Assembly: GCA_963719225.1 (NCBI GenBank)
Contig: CAVRAY010000001.1
Span: 3,712,001-3,776,000 of the forward strand
Length of the DNA stretch: 64,000 bases
Direction of reading: 5' to 3'
Origin: Thermoanaerobaculia bacterium
GTDB taxonomy: Bacteria > Acidobacteriota > Thermoanaerobaculia > UBA5066
Below the pieces are notes generated by a model. That model searched no databases. It was not told the DNA's origin and saw only the letters and a list, made by a program, of their open reading frames with translations. Positions 1 through 9,666 of the stretch are shown here, one piece after another (positions within the stretch are counted from its first letter, which is position 1; each line of letters opens with the position of its first letter). Made by a program: the position numbers and the translations under genes.

Positions 1-105
1 CGCGGCCTCGGCCGTGCGGCACACGAGCGGCGAGTCCAGGAGGGCCGCTCCGGCGGCGGCGCCGAGCGTTCCGGCAAACGTACGGCGTGAGATGGCAAGC
101 GGCAT
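1..105 (-). CDS. 5' end of a Tat-exported protein (runs off the window edge)
   Basis: Minus strand from ATG at 105 reads MPLAISRRTFAGTLGAAAGAALLDSPLVCRTAEAA, a twin-arginine SRRTF signal. GAGGAGG Shine-Dalgarno at 111-117. Not in the ORF track. Confidence 0.7.
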   Translation of the reverse strand, partial: MPLAISRRTFAGTLGAAAGAALLDSPLVCRTAEAA

Positions 106-194
106 GACGTCCTCCTCGTTCAGATCCATCCGATCATCTCGCACTTCGGAAGGTGTCGGCGCCGGCGAAATGCCGGCAGATAGAATCGCGAGAC

Positions 195-1207
195 GTGACG
201 ACCCTTTCGGTTGCGGGACGCTTCGGCCTCGTTGCACTTCTTCTCGCCGGTACCGCGCGAGGAGAAAGTGTCGTTCGTCTCAGCGCCGTCAACCCGAAGG
301 CGGTGTACCGGCCGGGCGAGACGATCGCCCTCGAAATGACGTGCGCGCCGGGCATGAAGGGAACCGCCGTCATACGCCTGGAGGCCGGCGCTTTGCCGCC
401 ATGGGAGGACGGAAACGTTCGCAATGCCGTTCCGAAATGCCCCCGCGCGCGCTTCGAGGTCCAGGTCCCGCCCGACTTCGTAGGCCGTGCCAAGGTCTCG
501 GCTCTCCTGGGCGGCAGAGTTGTCGGCACTTTCACGTTCAAGGCGAAATCCCTCATGGCCCCGATCGATCTCCACATCACGTCGTCCGGCGCCCAGATCG
601 ACCCGGACGAATGCTCGACCATCGCTTTCGATCCCGACCATCCAGGTCGCGTGTGGGTGCAGTTCGTCGCCGAGCAACCGGACGGGACGATCTTCGACCT
701 GTGCAGAGGAGCGGACATTCGGGTGACGACGGACCCTTCCGAGTGGTTTCGCTTCAAGGCCGACGGTCACGCCTGCTCGATCACGTCCCGACGAGAGGGC
801 ACGTTCAAGCTCGCGGCGTCGTACGGCGGCCTCCGCAAGGAGTTCGCCTGTCGAGTCCAGAACTTCGAGGGCCCGTCGAGCGTGGAGCCGGCAGCTTCGC
901 CGGTGCCCCTGCCCAAGGTCTCAACGCCCCCGGCGGGACAGCGCGCGGAGGAGTCCCCCCGCGTCGACCCGGAGACCCCCCGAGGATCTCGATTCCGGAT
1001 TTCCGGCAGGATCCTCACAAGCTCGACCGTCATCCGATGGACGTCGGCCGCTGCCGTCTCGTCGAGCACTGGACCACGGGTTATTGCTACATCTACAGTC
1101 TTCGCAGGTCCGAAAAGGTGTCTCAAAACACCGACGCCCCCTGCGACGACTTCGACGAGCTCCGAAAGCGCATGACCCGGGCGATCGAGAAGGGCCATTG
1201 CGACTAG
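195..1207 (+). CDS. Secreted hypothetical protein, probably frameshifted at a C6 tract (955-960 or 976-981)
   Basis: Signal peptide (FGLVALLLAGTARG) and GC3-rich codons in frame 153..1175 up to ~980. After that, the GC3-rich, protein-like reading continues in frame 14..1207 (PRISIPDFRQ...AIEKGHCD). TAGAAT lies 8 nt before GTG 195. Confidence 0.5.
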
Positions 1208-1251
1208 TCGTCGTGGAAGCGCGCGCGTGGAAGTAGGTTGCGCGTCTCCGC

Positions 1252-1280
1252 TTGACTGATGCATATTGAATCACCATACT
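1252..1280 (+). promoter_or_regulatory. Sigma70-type promoter of vapBC (leaderless)
   Basis: TTGACT 1252-1257, 17-nt spacer, CATACT 1275-1280, ATG 7 nt later. TGCATA repeats overlap it, a possible autoregulatory operator. Confidence 0.6.
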
Positions 1281-1287
1281 TCTGCAT

Positions 1288-1506
1288 ATGCGAACGACGC
1301 TGATCCTCGATGATTCGCTGATCGAGAAGGCCAGAAGCCTGACCGGCCTGAAGGAGAAGACTGCGATGGTCCACGCCGGTCTCGAGGCGCTCATCGCTCG
1401 CGAGAGCGCCCTGCGCCTCTCGGCGCTCGGAGGCTCCGAGAAAGGCGCCCGGCTCCCGCTGCGGCGACGCCCCGCTCCCGCCCGGAGGCCGAGGACGAGT
1501 CGTTGA
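1288..1506 (+). CDS. vapB: VapB-family antitoxin
   Basis: MRTTLILDDSLIEKA N-terminus typical of VapB antitoxins; overlaps the PIN gene. Confidence 0.85.
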   Translation: MRTTLILDDSLIEKARSLTGLKEKTAMVHAGLEALIARESALRLSALGGSEKGARLPLRRRPAPARRPRTSR

Positions 1507-1859
1507 TCCTCGTCGACACGTCCGTCTGGATCGATCACTTGAGACGCAAGAACGCCCGCCTTTCCGCGCTCCTCGAAGGTGGGCTCGTCCTTCTTCATCC
1601 GTTCGTCGTCGGGGAGTTGGCGCTCGGCCACCTCCGGCGGCGCACGGAGATCCTCGGGCTTCTCTCGGAGCTGCCGCAGGCCAACGCGGCGCAACATGAC
1701 GAGGCCCTCGAGTTCGTCGAACGACACGGACTCACGGGCAGCGGTGTCGGATGGGTCGACGCCCACCTCCTCGCTTCCGCGGCGCTCAGCCACGCGTCGC
1801 TCTGGACGCTAGATCGAGGGCTCGTCCGGGCAGCCGCGCGGCTGGCCCTCTCCGCCTGA
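1503..1859 (+). CDS. vapC: VapC PIN-domain toxin
   Basis: ILVDTSVWID...E...VDAHLLASA...LWTLD PIN motifs; 4-nt overlap with the antitoxin. Confidence 0.9.
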   Translation: MILVDTSVWIDHLRRKNARLSALLEGGLVLLHPFVVGELALGHLRRRTEILGLLSELPQANAAQHDEALEFVERHGLTGSGVGWVDAHLLASAALSHASLWTLDRGLVRAAARLALSA

Positions 1860-1862
1860 TCC

Positions 1863-2150
1863 TCAGACGTCGGAGGGCGCCGGCACGTCCACTTTGTCCA
1901 CGATCGCCACGATGAGCGATCTCACGGGCGCCCTCGGGTCCGCGAGGATCTGGCGCGCGGAATTCCCTTCGTCCTCCACGAGGACCGTCTCCCCCACTCC
2001 GGCGCCCACCATGTCGAGCGCGAGGATGTAGCGGGTGCCGTCGAGCGTTCCGTCCGGCAGGACGGCTCCCACGAGGAGCTGTTTTCTCCCGCTGTAATAA
2101 GGGTGCTGGACCGTGCTGACGACCGTTCCGAGGACGCGGCCGAGGATCAT
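1863..2150 (-). CDS. BMC-P (EutN/CcmL family) vertex protein, 95 aa
   Basis: MILGRVLGTVVST...ALDMVGAGVGETVLV...GNSAR...IVAIVD pentamer signature; real start 2150 inside ORF 1863..2375. Confidence 0.9.
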   Translation of the reverse strand: MILGRVLGTVVSTVQHPYYSGRKQLLVGAVLPDGTLDGTRYILALDMVGAGVGETVLVEDEGNSARQILADPRAPVRSLIVAIVDKVDVPAPSDV

Positions 2151-2220
2151 CAGCGCCCTCGCCTTTCGGCTCGGCCGCCGCACGTACCTGCGATCCTCGC
2201 CTGTGGCTCGGCTCTCCGGT

Positions 2221-2508
2221 TCATCGCGCCGGCTCCGGTTTCTCCAGAAAGTGTTGGTCGACGATTCCGACGACGGCGTGATCCACGGGGATGAACCACG
2301 GTTCGTGGAGGAGCGCCGCCTCGCGGGCCGCCTCCCACGTGACGAGGTCGCCGGAGGAGGCCTGCGCCGAGGCATCCGTGGCGACGAACGGGTCGCCGTC
2401 GTCGAGGAGGTCCGCCGTGAGCGGCCGGACGATCAGGAGCTTCAGCCCCTTCATCGCGTCGGGTTTCACCGTCGCGACGAGCGTGCCGATGACCCTTCCG
2501 AGCCTCAT
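2221..2508 (-). CDS. BMC-P (EutN/CcmL family) vertex protein, 95 aa
   Basis: MRLGRVIGTLVATVK...GLKLLIV...VATD...AREAA...VDHAVVGIVD; ATGA overlap with the upstream BMC-T stop. Confidence 0.9.
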   Translation of the reverse strand: MRLGRVIGTLVATVKPDAMKGLKLLIVRPLTADLLDDGDPFVATDASAQASSGDLVTWEAAREAALLHEPWFIPVDHAVVGIVDQHFLEKPEPAR

Positions 2509-3116
2509 CCGCGAAACTCCTTGAAGAAACGGCTCGGTGAGCCGAGCGTTTCCCGCACGGCAGCGTCGGCTCGCGGGATGACGGCCGTCGAGGTGCCTTG
2601 CGTAGCGGCCTTCTCGAACGAGATCCGCGCGAGGGAGATCGCGGCCGCCACGTCGTGCGTCTCGCCCCAGAGGCTCGCGATCGCTTTTCCGCCCAGCCCG
2701 TCCCCGAGGCGCAGCTCCACGAGGTCCACGAGCGCTCCCTTGAGCGCGGCGTCGACGGCGCGAACGAGAGCCGGAGGCGTCGCGGCCTGAAGGACGCCGA
2801 GGGTGTCGCCCGGGGCGGGCCAGCGGATCGCACCCGTTCCGATCGCGGGCGCGAGCCGGGCCTCGGCGTTCGGAAGGAACACCTCGTCGACGGCGTGCGA
2901 GCCCGCGACGTCGAGCGCCCGGCGCCACGAGCGCTCCACGGGCCCGACCTCGCCGGAGAAAAGGATCAGATAGCGGCCACCGTGGATCGTGCCCGCCTGA
3001 AGCACGTCCACGTCCGCTTCCTTCGCGAGCGCGTCGAGAACCCACAGGCCCGGCGGAACCTCCTCGAGAAGGAGCATCGCGAGCGCGGGGCCGGGAGCTT
3101 CGCCTTTCACCGGCAC
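2505..3116 (-). CDS. BMC-T tandem-domain shell protein (single-layer type, HO BMC-T1-like)
   Basis: Two BMC repeats (DALAKEADV...GRYLILFSGEVGPVE and DAALKGALV...GLGGKA...GETHDVAAA). Confidence 0.85.
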   Translation of the reverse strand: MPVKGEAPGPALAMLLLEEVPPGLWVLDALAKEADVDVLQAGTIHGGRYLILFSGEVGPVERSWRRALDVAGSHAVDEVFLPNAEARLAPAIGTGAIRWPAPGDTLGVLQAATPPALVRAVDAALKGALVDLVELRLGDGLGGKAIASLWGETHDVAAAISLARISFEKAATQGTSTAVIPRADAAVRETLGSPSRFFKEFRG

Positions 3117-3117
3117 G

Positions 3118-4596
3118 TCACACGATCCGGAAGTGGTCGACGAGGGTGCAGCGGCGCCAGCGGGAGAACGAGCGCGGGCTCGTCATCCCTTCGCCCGTCG
3201 GCGATGCGATCGTGAACGAGGTGTAGCCCTCGCCCCCGTACCCGAGGCCGGCCAGGTTCGAGCCGTTCTTCACGAAGATCGAGCAGTTGCACCGGCGGGC
3301 CATCGTCGAAAGGGCCGCGATGTCGTGGGAGTGCATCGTGGCCGTGTGATAGTTCGCTCCCTCGGCCGCGACGGCGAGATCGATCGCGTCGTTCACGTTC
3401 CTGACGCGGGTGAGCGGCAGCACCGGCATCATCTGCTCGGTCCAGATGAGGGGATGCTCGTTCGGCACCTCCACGAGAACCGTGCGCACCTCGGGTCCCG
3501 CCGTGATCCCGAGCTCCCTGAGGATCACCGACGCGTCCTTGCCGATGTACTTCTTGTTGACCACGGCGTGCCCGCGCGGCCCCGCCCCTTTCTCGAAGAT
3601 CAGGTTCTCGAGGCGCGAAAGGTCGCGGGCGGGAAGCTCGAAGGCTCCGGCTTTCTTCATCGCCCCCTTCAGCGCGTCGGCGATGGAATCGACGGCGATG
3701 ACTTCCTTCTCGTCCGTGCAGATGACGTTGTTGTCGAACGAGTGTCCGAAGACGACGTTGCGTCCGGCCATCTCGATGTCGGCCGTCTCGTCGACGATGG
3801 CGGGCGGGTTGCCGGGCCCGGCGGAGATGGCCCTCTTGCCGGAGTTCATCGCGGCGGCCACGACGGCGCCGCCGCCCGTCACGACGAGGAGGCGGATCCG
3901 GGGATGCTTCATCAGCTCGCCGGCGGACTGAATCGTCGGCTCGGCCGTACACGCGACCGTGTTCGGCGGTCCGCCCGCGCGCGTGATCGCGGCGTCGAGG
4001 AGCCGGACCGTCTCCTGGGACACCCTTTTCGCCGAGGGGTGCGGGTTGAACACGACGGCGTTCCCCGCGGCGATCATGCCGATGGAGTTGCAGATGATCG
4101 TTGAAGAAGGGTTCGTGACGGGCGTGATCGCCCCGATGACGCCGAACGGAGCCGGCTCGATGAGGGCGAGGCCGTGATCTCCGGAGGTGGCCTGGGGGAA
4201 GAGCTCCTCGGGGCCCGGCGTCTTGTTCGTGACGAGGCTGTTCTTCTGGACCTTGTCCTCGACGCGGCCGAGGCCGGTCTCCTCCACGGCCAGCGCCGCG
4301 AGGGAGCGGGCGTTCTGGCGCATCGCCTCGCGCATCGACTCGATGATCGCGTGCCTCTTCTCCAGACCGAGCGCGTCGAGCCCTCGGAACGCCGCCGAGG
4401 CCGCCGCGACCGCGTCGTCGAGCTTCGAGAAGACACCGCCTCCGAGACTCGACGATCCGCCGATCTGCTGCGAGAGTTGCGGCGCCCGGCTCTGCGCCGC
4501 CGGGGGCGGCAGGGGTCCCGCGTTCCCTTCCGCCGCAAGCTCGCGGGCGATCAGCTCCGCGAGGCGCCGGATCTGGTCGGGGCTAGACGCGCTCAT
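3118..4596 (-). CDS. BMC-associated CoA-acylating aldehyde dehydrogenase (EutE/PduP family) with N-terminal encapsulation peptide
   Basis: [32 protein letters not shown] catalytic Cys, [18 protein letters not shown]-terminal amphipathic [17 protein letters not shown] plus a low-complexity linker. Start at 4596. Confidence 0.92.
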   Translation of the reverse strand: MSASSPDQIRRLAELIARELAAEGNAGPLPPPAAQSRAPQLSQQIGGSSSLGGGVFSKLDDAVAAASAAFRGLDALGLEKRHAIIESMREAMRQNARSLAALAVEETGLGRVEDKVQKNSLVTNKTPGPEELFPQATSGDHGLALIEPAPFGVIGAITPVTNPSSTIICNSIGMIAAGNAVVFNPHPSAKRVSQETVRLLDAAITRAGGPPNTVACTAEPTIQSAGELMKHPRIRLLVVTGGGAVVAAAMNSGKRAISAGPGNPPAIVDETADIEMAGRNVVFGHSFDNNVICTDEKEVIAVDSIADALKGAMKKAGAFELPARDLSRLENLIFEKGAGPRGHAVVNKKYIGKDASVILRELGITAGPEVRTVLVEVPNEHPLIWTEQMMPVLPLTRVRNVNDAIDLAVAAEGANYHTATMHSHDIAALSTMARRCNCSIFVKNGSNLAGLGYGGEGYTSFTIASPTGEGMTSPRSFSRWRRCTLVDHFRIV

Positions 4597-4906
4597 CGCC
4601 GTAGCCGTGCTCGGACGAGTTCTTCTCGAAGAGCGTCTCGCCGCCGATCTCCCACGTGTCCACGATCGCCATGACGACCGCGTCGCAGGGGCGGTCCTTC
4701 GTGACCTCGGTCTGGCGCGCCGAGGAGCCGGACGCGTAGAGGACGTACTCCCCGAGGCCGCAGCCGACGGCGTCGTTGGCGACCACGAATCCACCCTCCT
4801 TGAGGTTCTCGGGGTTCACCTGCCGGAGCAGGAGGAACTTGAGCCCCTCGATCTTCGGGTCCTTCCGCGACGCCACTACGGTTCCGACGACCTTTGCCAG
4901 GAGCAT
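4583..4906 (-). CDS. BMC-P (EutN/CcmL family) vertex protein
   Basis: [16 protein letters not shown]...GLKFLL...[21 protein letters not shown]...DAVVMAIVD. Confidence 0.92.
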   Translation of the reverse strand: MLLAKVVGTVVASRKDPKIEGLKFLLLRQVNPENLKEGGFVVANDAVGCGLGEYVLYASGSSARQTEVTKDRPCDAVVMAIVDTWEIGGETLFEKNSSEHGYGDERV

Positions 4907-4939
4907 GGCCTCACCGCCTCCCTTGCACCGTGGCGCCGC

Positions 4940-5257
4940 TTACTTCTTTCCGTGCGCGCCGGTCTCCTTCCCGGCCTCGGCCGTGCGGCCGAGCGGAAGG
5001 ACGAGATCGACGTTCACGTGCGGGCGGGCGATGATATGAGTCGTCACGATCTCGCCGATGCGGGCCGCTCCGTTCTGCCCGGCGTCGACGGCCGCTTTCA
5101 CCGCCGCCACGTCGCCGCGGATGATGGCGGTGACGTAGCCTCCCCCCGTCTTCTCGTAGCTCACGAGCTCGACCTTCGCGGCCTTCACCATCGCGTCGGC
5201 CGCCTCCACCATTGCCGCGAACGAGCGGCACTCGATCATTCCCAGTGCTTCGGCCAT
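4940..5257 (-). CDS. BMC-H hexameric shell protein
   Basis: MAEALGMIE...EAADAMVKAAKVEL...GGGYVTAIIRGDVAAVKAA...IARPH canonical BMC domain; GGAGG SD upstream. Confidence 0.95.
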   Translation of the reverse strand: MAEALGMIECRSFAAMVEAADAMVKAAKVELVSYEKTGGGYVTAIIRGDVAAVKAAVDAGQNGAARIGEIVTTHIIARPHVNVDLVLPLGRTAEAGKETGAHGKK

Positions 5258-5321
5258 CTGGACCCTCCCTGTTTCCTTCTCTCCCCGCCTCCGGGTTGCT
5301 TCTCTCTCGTCATGCCGTGTT

Positions 5322-5945
5322 CTACGACTTTGCCGCTCTTCCGGAAAGGCCCTGGACCGCCCGCTCGGCCGCGGGCAGAGCCACGTCGATGTCGCGGTCG
5401 GCTCCGGCCAGGTAGACCCTGCCGAACGAGCCGAACGTGACGATCTCGAGGACCTTGATGTGCGCGGCTTTCTCCGCCTCGTTCGCCGCCAGCGCGGCGT
5501 TCGCGGCCGGCTGGCATTCCAGGATGTAGAGCGACTGCCCCGCCACGATCATGTGCCCATGGCGTGTCCGGTTGATGAGCTGCGTCTGCCGGTCGTCGAG
5601 GCCCCGGATCACGGTCGAGGAGAGGATCTCCGGCTTGATCCGGTCGCCTTCGGTCTTGCCGATCTCGCCGAGAATCGCCTCGCCCGCGCGGCGCACCTCG
5701 GCCTGGTCGTCGTGATGGATTTCCAGGAGGCCGTAAAGCCTCTCCACGATCTGCATGCCGGGCGTGACCGAAGTTCCCTTGACCGCGATGTCCGTGAGCC
5801 GGTTGATCGCGATCCCGGGGGAGACCTCGATGAAGAGGGACGCCTGTCCGCCGACGGGCAAGAAGCCCTTCGCGACCGTTCCGATGAAGGCCGCGTGCTG
5901 CTCCTGGAGCGAGTCGAGGAAGACGTAGCTCCTGAGGTCGATCAC
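5322..5945 (-). CDS. BMC-T double-stacking, circularly permuted shell protein (CcmP/HO BMC-T2/T3 type)
   Basis: [11 protein letters not shown]...[13 protein letters not shown]...[13 protein letters not shown]...AANEAEKAA...[11 protein letters not shown]. Confidence 0.9.
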   Translation of the reverse strand: MIDLRSYVFLDSLQEQHAAFIGTVAKGFLPVGGQASLFIEVSPGIAINRLTDIAVKGTSVTPGMQIVERLYGLLEIHHDDQAEVRRAGEAILGEIGKTEGDRIKPEILSSTVIRGLDDRQTQLINRTRHGHMIVAGQSLYILECQPAANAALAANEAEKAAHIKVLEIVTFGSFGRVYLAGADRDIDVALPAAERAVQGLSGRAAKS

Positions 5946-5949
5946 GCTC

Positions 5950-6585
5950 TCAGTCCCTCCGGCCCTTCTGCGCTTCGCGCCCGGTGAGCGACTCGATCGC
6001 CCGGATCGCCGCGACGGACCCCACGTCGATGTCGCGCTGCTCGCCGCCGAGGTAGACGCGTCCGAAGGCGCCCGTCATCCTCACGTCCACGACGTTGATC
6101 TCCGCCGCTTTCTCCGCCTCGTTCGCGGCGAAGCCCGCGTAGCCCGCCGGCTCGACCTCCAGGATGTAGAGCGACTCGCCGGCGACGAGCATCATTCCCT
6201 GGCGATCGCGGTTGATGAGCTGCGCCTGGAGCGCGTCGACGCGGCGGATGACCTGCGAGGAGAGGACGCGCGGCTTGATCCGGTCGGTCTCGTTCAGGGA
6301 AAGCGCGGCGAGGATCGCGGCGCCGGCCTGCCGGACCTCCGCCTGCGACGCGCTGTGGACCTCGAGCATCCCGTAGAGCCGCTCGACGACCTGCATGCCG
6401 GGGCGCACGTCGGTCGCCTTGACGGCGATGTCGGTCACGCGGTTGATCTCGATGCCCGGGGAGATCTCGACGATGAGGGATGCCTCGAAGGCGACCGGAA
6501 GGAAGCCGCGGGCGATCGTTCCGATGTACGCCGCGACCTGCGGCTGCAGAGCGTCGAGCGTCACGAAGCTCCGAAGGTCCGCCAT
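5950..6585 (-). CDS. BMC-T double-stacking shell protein, paralog of 5322..5945
   Basis: [13 protein letters not shown]...[13 protein letters not shown]...[11 protein letters not shown]...AANEAEKAA...[10 protein letters not shown]. Confidence 0.9.
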   Translation of the reverse strand: MADLRSFVTLDALQPQVAAYIGTIARGFLPVAFEASLIVEISPGIEINRVTDIAVKATDVRPGMQVVERLYGMLEVHSASQAEVRQAGAAILAALSLNETDRIKPRVLSSQVIRRVDALQAQLINRDRQGMMLVAGESLYILEVEPAGYAGFAANEAEKAAEINVVDVRMTGAFGRVYLGGEQRDIDVGSVAAIRAIESLTGREAQKGRRD

Positions 6586-8024
6586 CAGTACGCGCCCTTA
6601 GCCTCTTTGGAGGACGCGGTGAGTCCTCGCGCTTCCTTGACGATCTTCACGCCGACCGATGCCCCGATGCGGGTGGCGCCGGCCGCGATCAGCTTCTGAG
6701 CGTCCTCGGCGGACCGGATTCCTCCCGACGCCTTCACGCCGAGCTTCCGGTCGACGGCCTGCGCCATGAGCTCCACGTCGCGCGCCGTGGCGCCGCCCGT
6801 GGAAAAGCCCGTCGAGGTCTTCACGAATTCCGCGCGCGCCTTTCGGGCGGCCACGCAGCCGGCCACTTTCTCTTCGTCCGTCAGGAGCGACGTTTCCAGG
6901 ATCACCTTGAGGATCGCGCCGCCGTCGTGAGCGGCCTCCGCCACGGCGCGGATGTCCTCCTCGACGGTGCGCAGGTCTCCCGACTTCAGCGCTCCGATCG
7001 CGATGACCATGTCGATCTCGCTCGCGCCCTCGCGGACGGCCCGCCGCGCCTCGAGAGCCTTCATTTCCTTCGGAATGGCCCCGAGCGGGAATCCGACGAC
7101 GGTGCACACGACCGATGAGCTGCCGGCCAGGCGGGCGGCGCAGCGCTTGACGAAGACGGGGTTGACGCACACCGACGCGAAGCCGAACTGGGCGGCCTCG
7201 TCACAGAGCTTGTCGATGTCCGCGTACGTGGCGTCGGCCTTCAGGAGCGTGTGGTCGATGAATTTCGCGAGGTCCTTGGGCACCTCGCCGATGCCGGGAG
7301 CGGCCGACACCCGGCAATCCGGTCCGACGCACGCGATCATCGAACGGACCGTGTCGGGACAGCGCGTCGCGCAGTGCCCGCCCGCCGGACACTCGGTGGC
7401 TCCGGCGGCCGCGCATCCCGCGCACCCCGCGCACGTGGGCGGAACGAGGAGCGAGGGATTCGCCGCCAGGATCTGCGTGATCCGGTCGACGAGCGAATCG
7501 AAGGAAGGTGAGGTCATGGGCCCAGAGCTCCTCGAAGTCGCCGGACGTTGTGGACCCCCCGGCGCGTTCCCACGGCTGGCATCGATGGCGTCGATCATAG
7601 CGACTCGGCGCCTGTGCCGCTCCGCGGTGCACTCGGTCGACAGGAAGACGTCCACGATCTGGAGAGCGAGGTCCTCGGCGAGGTACCCGGCGCCGAGCGT
7701 CAGGACGTTCGCGTCGTTGTGCTCGCGGGCGTTCTTCGCCGTCGCGAGGTCGAAGGCCATGCCGGCGCGGACTCCCGCGACCTTGTTCGCGGCCATGGCC
7801 GAGCCGATGCCCGCGCCGTCGACGACGATGCCGCGTTCGGCGCGGCCGGAGACGACGGCTTCGGCGGCGGCGCGCGCGAAGACGGGATAGTCGACGGGTT
7901 CGGTCGAGCTCGTCCCGACGTCGAGAACGTCCACGCCCCGCGACTTCAAATGCCGTTTGATCGCTTCCTTCAGGGCGAAGCCGCCGTGGTCCGCGCCCAC
8001 GACCACTCGTCCGGCGGCGGCCAT
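6585..8024 (-). CDS. deoC: RpiB/LacA-LacB sugar-phosphate isomerase fused to deoxyribose-phosphate aldolase (DeoC), via an encapsulation peptide and Cys-rich linker
   Basis: N-terminus GADHGG...VDYP...[13 protein letters not shown]...[10 protein letters not shown]...RHRRRV (RpiB). C-terminus IDHTLLK...VVGFPLG...EIDMV...LKVILET...FVKTSTGF...GVKASGGIR...RIGAS (DeoC). Confidence 0.92.
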   Translation of the reverse strand: MAAAGRVVVGADHGGFALKEAIKRHLKSRGVDVLDVGTSSTEPVDYPVFARAAAEAVVSGRAERGIVVDGAGIGSAMAANKVAGVRAGMAFDLATAKNAREHNDANVLTLGAGYLAEDLALQIVDVFLSTECTAERHRRRVAMIDAIDASRGNAPGGPQRPATSRSSGPMTSPSFDSLVDRITQILAANPSLLVPPTCAGCAGCAAAGATECPAGGHCATRCPDTVRSMIACVGPDCRVSAAPGIGEVPKDLAKFIDHTLLKADATYADIDKLCDEAAQFGFASVCVNPVFVKRCAARLAGSSSVVCTVVGFPLGAIPKEMKALEARRAVREGASEIDMVIAIGALKSGDLRTVEEDIRAVAEAAHDGGAILKVILETSLLTDEEKVAGCVAARKARAEFVKTSTGFSTGGATARDVELMAQAVDRKLGVKASGGIRSAEDAQKLIAAGATRIGASVGVKIVKEARGLTASSKEAKGAY

Positions 8025-8122
8025 CCCTACCGCCGCCCGCGGACGATCGCCGACCGAAATTCGAGGCCAATTTTCACGGCGCGAAGTCTACTGCCTGCGC
8101 GCGACGCGTGCGGAATCGGCGC

Positions 8123-9232
8123 TCAGCGGCGCAGCATGCGGGAAAGCGTTTCTTCGGCGGCGCGCGGCTTTCCCGCAGCACGGGCAGCTGCCTTCATTCG
8201 CCCGAGACGCGCCGAATCCGAAAGCAGGGATTTCAGCTTGAAACGCAGCGAGTCGGAGCCGTGCGCCTTCACACCGGCCCCTGCCTCGAGAACGAAATCC
8301 GAGTTCCTTTCCTCCTGGCCGGGAATCGGATCGCGGATCACCATCGGAAGAGAAGAGGCGAGACATTCGGCCGTCGTGAGGCCGCCCGATTTCGTGACCG
8401 CGACGTCCGCGGCCGCCATCAGGTCGTGCATGTTCGTGACGAACCCGAAGACCGAGAGAGCCGATCCTTTCGGCACGGCGATCTCGCGGAGCTTCTTCTC
8501 CAGTGCGCCGTTGCGGCCCGCGACCGCGAGCACGTGAGCGCGTCCCGCGCCGAGCGCCGCCTCGACCGCTCCCCGCATCGAGCCCACGCCCGAGCCGCCA
8601 CCCATCACGAGGACGGCGGGGATCCCCTCCGCGATTCCGAAGCCCGCGCGGAGGCGCCGCCGGTCGTGCCTGGCGGCGAACGCGGGCGTGACCGGAATTC
8701 CCGTCACCGCGATTTTCTTCTCGTCGACGCCCCGCCCGGCCAGGATCGCGCGCAGCTCCTCCGTCGCCACGAACATCACGTCCACGTGCGGCTGCACCCA
8801 GAAGGCGTGGACGTCGAAATCGGTCACGACGAGGCCGAAGCGGAACCGGATCTTGCGGCGCTCTCCCGGCGTGAAGACCTGCGCGGAAAGGAAATGGGTG
8901 GCGAGGACGACGTCCGGAGCGAAGTCCGCGACGAAGGACCGGAAGCGCGCGAACTCCACGTGGTCGAACGCGCGCACGAGCTTTCGGCGAAGACCTTCGC
9001 GGGGCACGCGGTCGCTCGTCTCGTAGAGGTATCCCCAGAGCTCCGGCGCACGGTCCACCATCGCGAGATAGCCGCCTGCGTAGGTTTTCCGGTACACAGG
9101 CCCCACGAAGTCGAGGACGTCGACGTGTTTCACGGCGACGTCCGGGAAGCGAAGCTGCGCCGTCTCCTCGAGCGCCTGAGCGGCGTGCGTGTGGCCGGCT
9201 CCGGCCGAGGCGGAAAGAAGGAGGAGCTTCAC
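8123..9232 (-). CDS. MGDG-synthase/UgtP-like diacylglycerol glycosyltransferase (GT28)
   Basis: SAGAGHTHAA, VTDFDVHAFW, TGIPV, TKSGGLTTAE, PIPGQEERN motifs; GTG start overlapping the PIN stop. Confidence 0.85.
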   Translation of the reverse strand: MKLLLLSASAGAGHTHAAQALEETAQLRFPDVAVKHVDVLDFVGPVYRKTYAGGYLAMVDRAPELWGYLYETSDRVPREGLRRKLVRAFDHVEFARFRSFVADFAPDVVLATHFLSAQVFTPGERRKIRFRFGLVVTDFDVHAFWVQPHVDVMFVATEELRAILAGRGVDEKKIAVTGIPVTPAFAARHDRRRLRAGFGIAEGIPAVLVMGGGSGVGSMRGAVEAALGAGRAHVLAVAGRNGALEKKLREIAVPKGSALSVFGFVTNMHDLMAAADVAVTKSGGLTTAECLASSLPMVIRDPIPGQEERNSDFVLEAGAGVKAHGSDSLRFKLKSLLSDSARLGRMKAAARAAGKPRAAEETLSRMLRR

Positions 9233-9666
9233 TCGCCGCCGGCGAGAAACGGGTTTACGGCGAGGACGGACCCATAGAGCCGCCCGTGCTGAAAATCTTC
9301 CGAGATGATCTGCTCGAGTCCATTCGTCTCTGCGTAGGCCCACATGTGCGCGTCATACCAGGAAAGCCGATAGGCCCCCATCCCGCGAAGGGCGGTGCGG
9401 ACCAGGGCGTCATCGGGATATAGAACGACGAACTGACTCAGGAGCTCCTCCGCTTCGCGCCGCGCATCGTCTTGTGACAGCAAGGCGGCTCCAAATCGGA
9501 TAGGACGTGTGACCGCCGAAACGAACTCCACGATGGCCTGATGCGACAGACGAACTTCGTCTTCTGCGACTCCTTTTCGCAGAATCCCCGTCGCGATCGT
9601 GCGCTTACGGGGCTCGCGCGGATCGAACCGATAGACGAGGACGTTCGTGTCAACGAGGAAGGCCAC
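9229..9666 (-). CDS. vapC: PIN-domain toxin
   Basis: FLVDTNVLVY...EF...LSWYDAHMWA...SEDFQHG...NPF. Confidence 0.88.
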   Translation of the reverse strand: MAFLVDTNVLVYRFDPREPRKRTIATGILRKGVAEDEVRLSHQAIVEFVSAVTRPIRFGAALLSQDDARREAEELLSQFVVLYPDDALVRTALRGMGAYRLSWYDAHMWAYAETNGLEQIISEDFQHGRLYGSVLAVNPFLAGGE

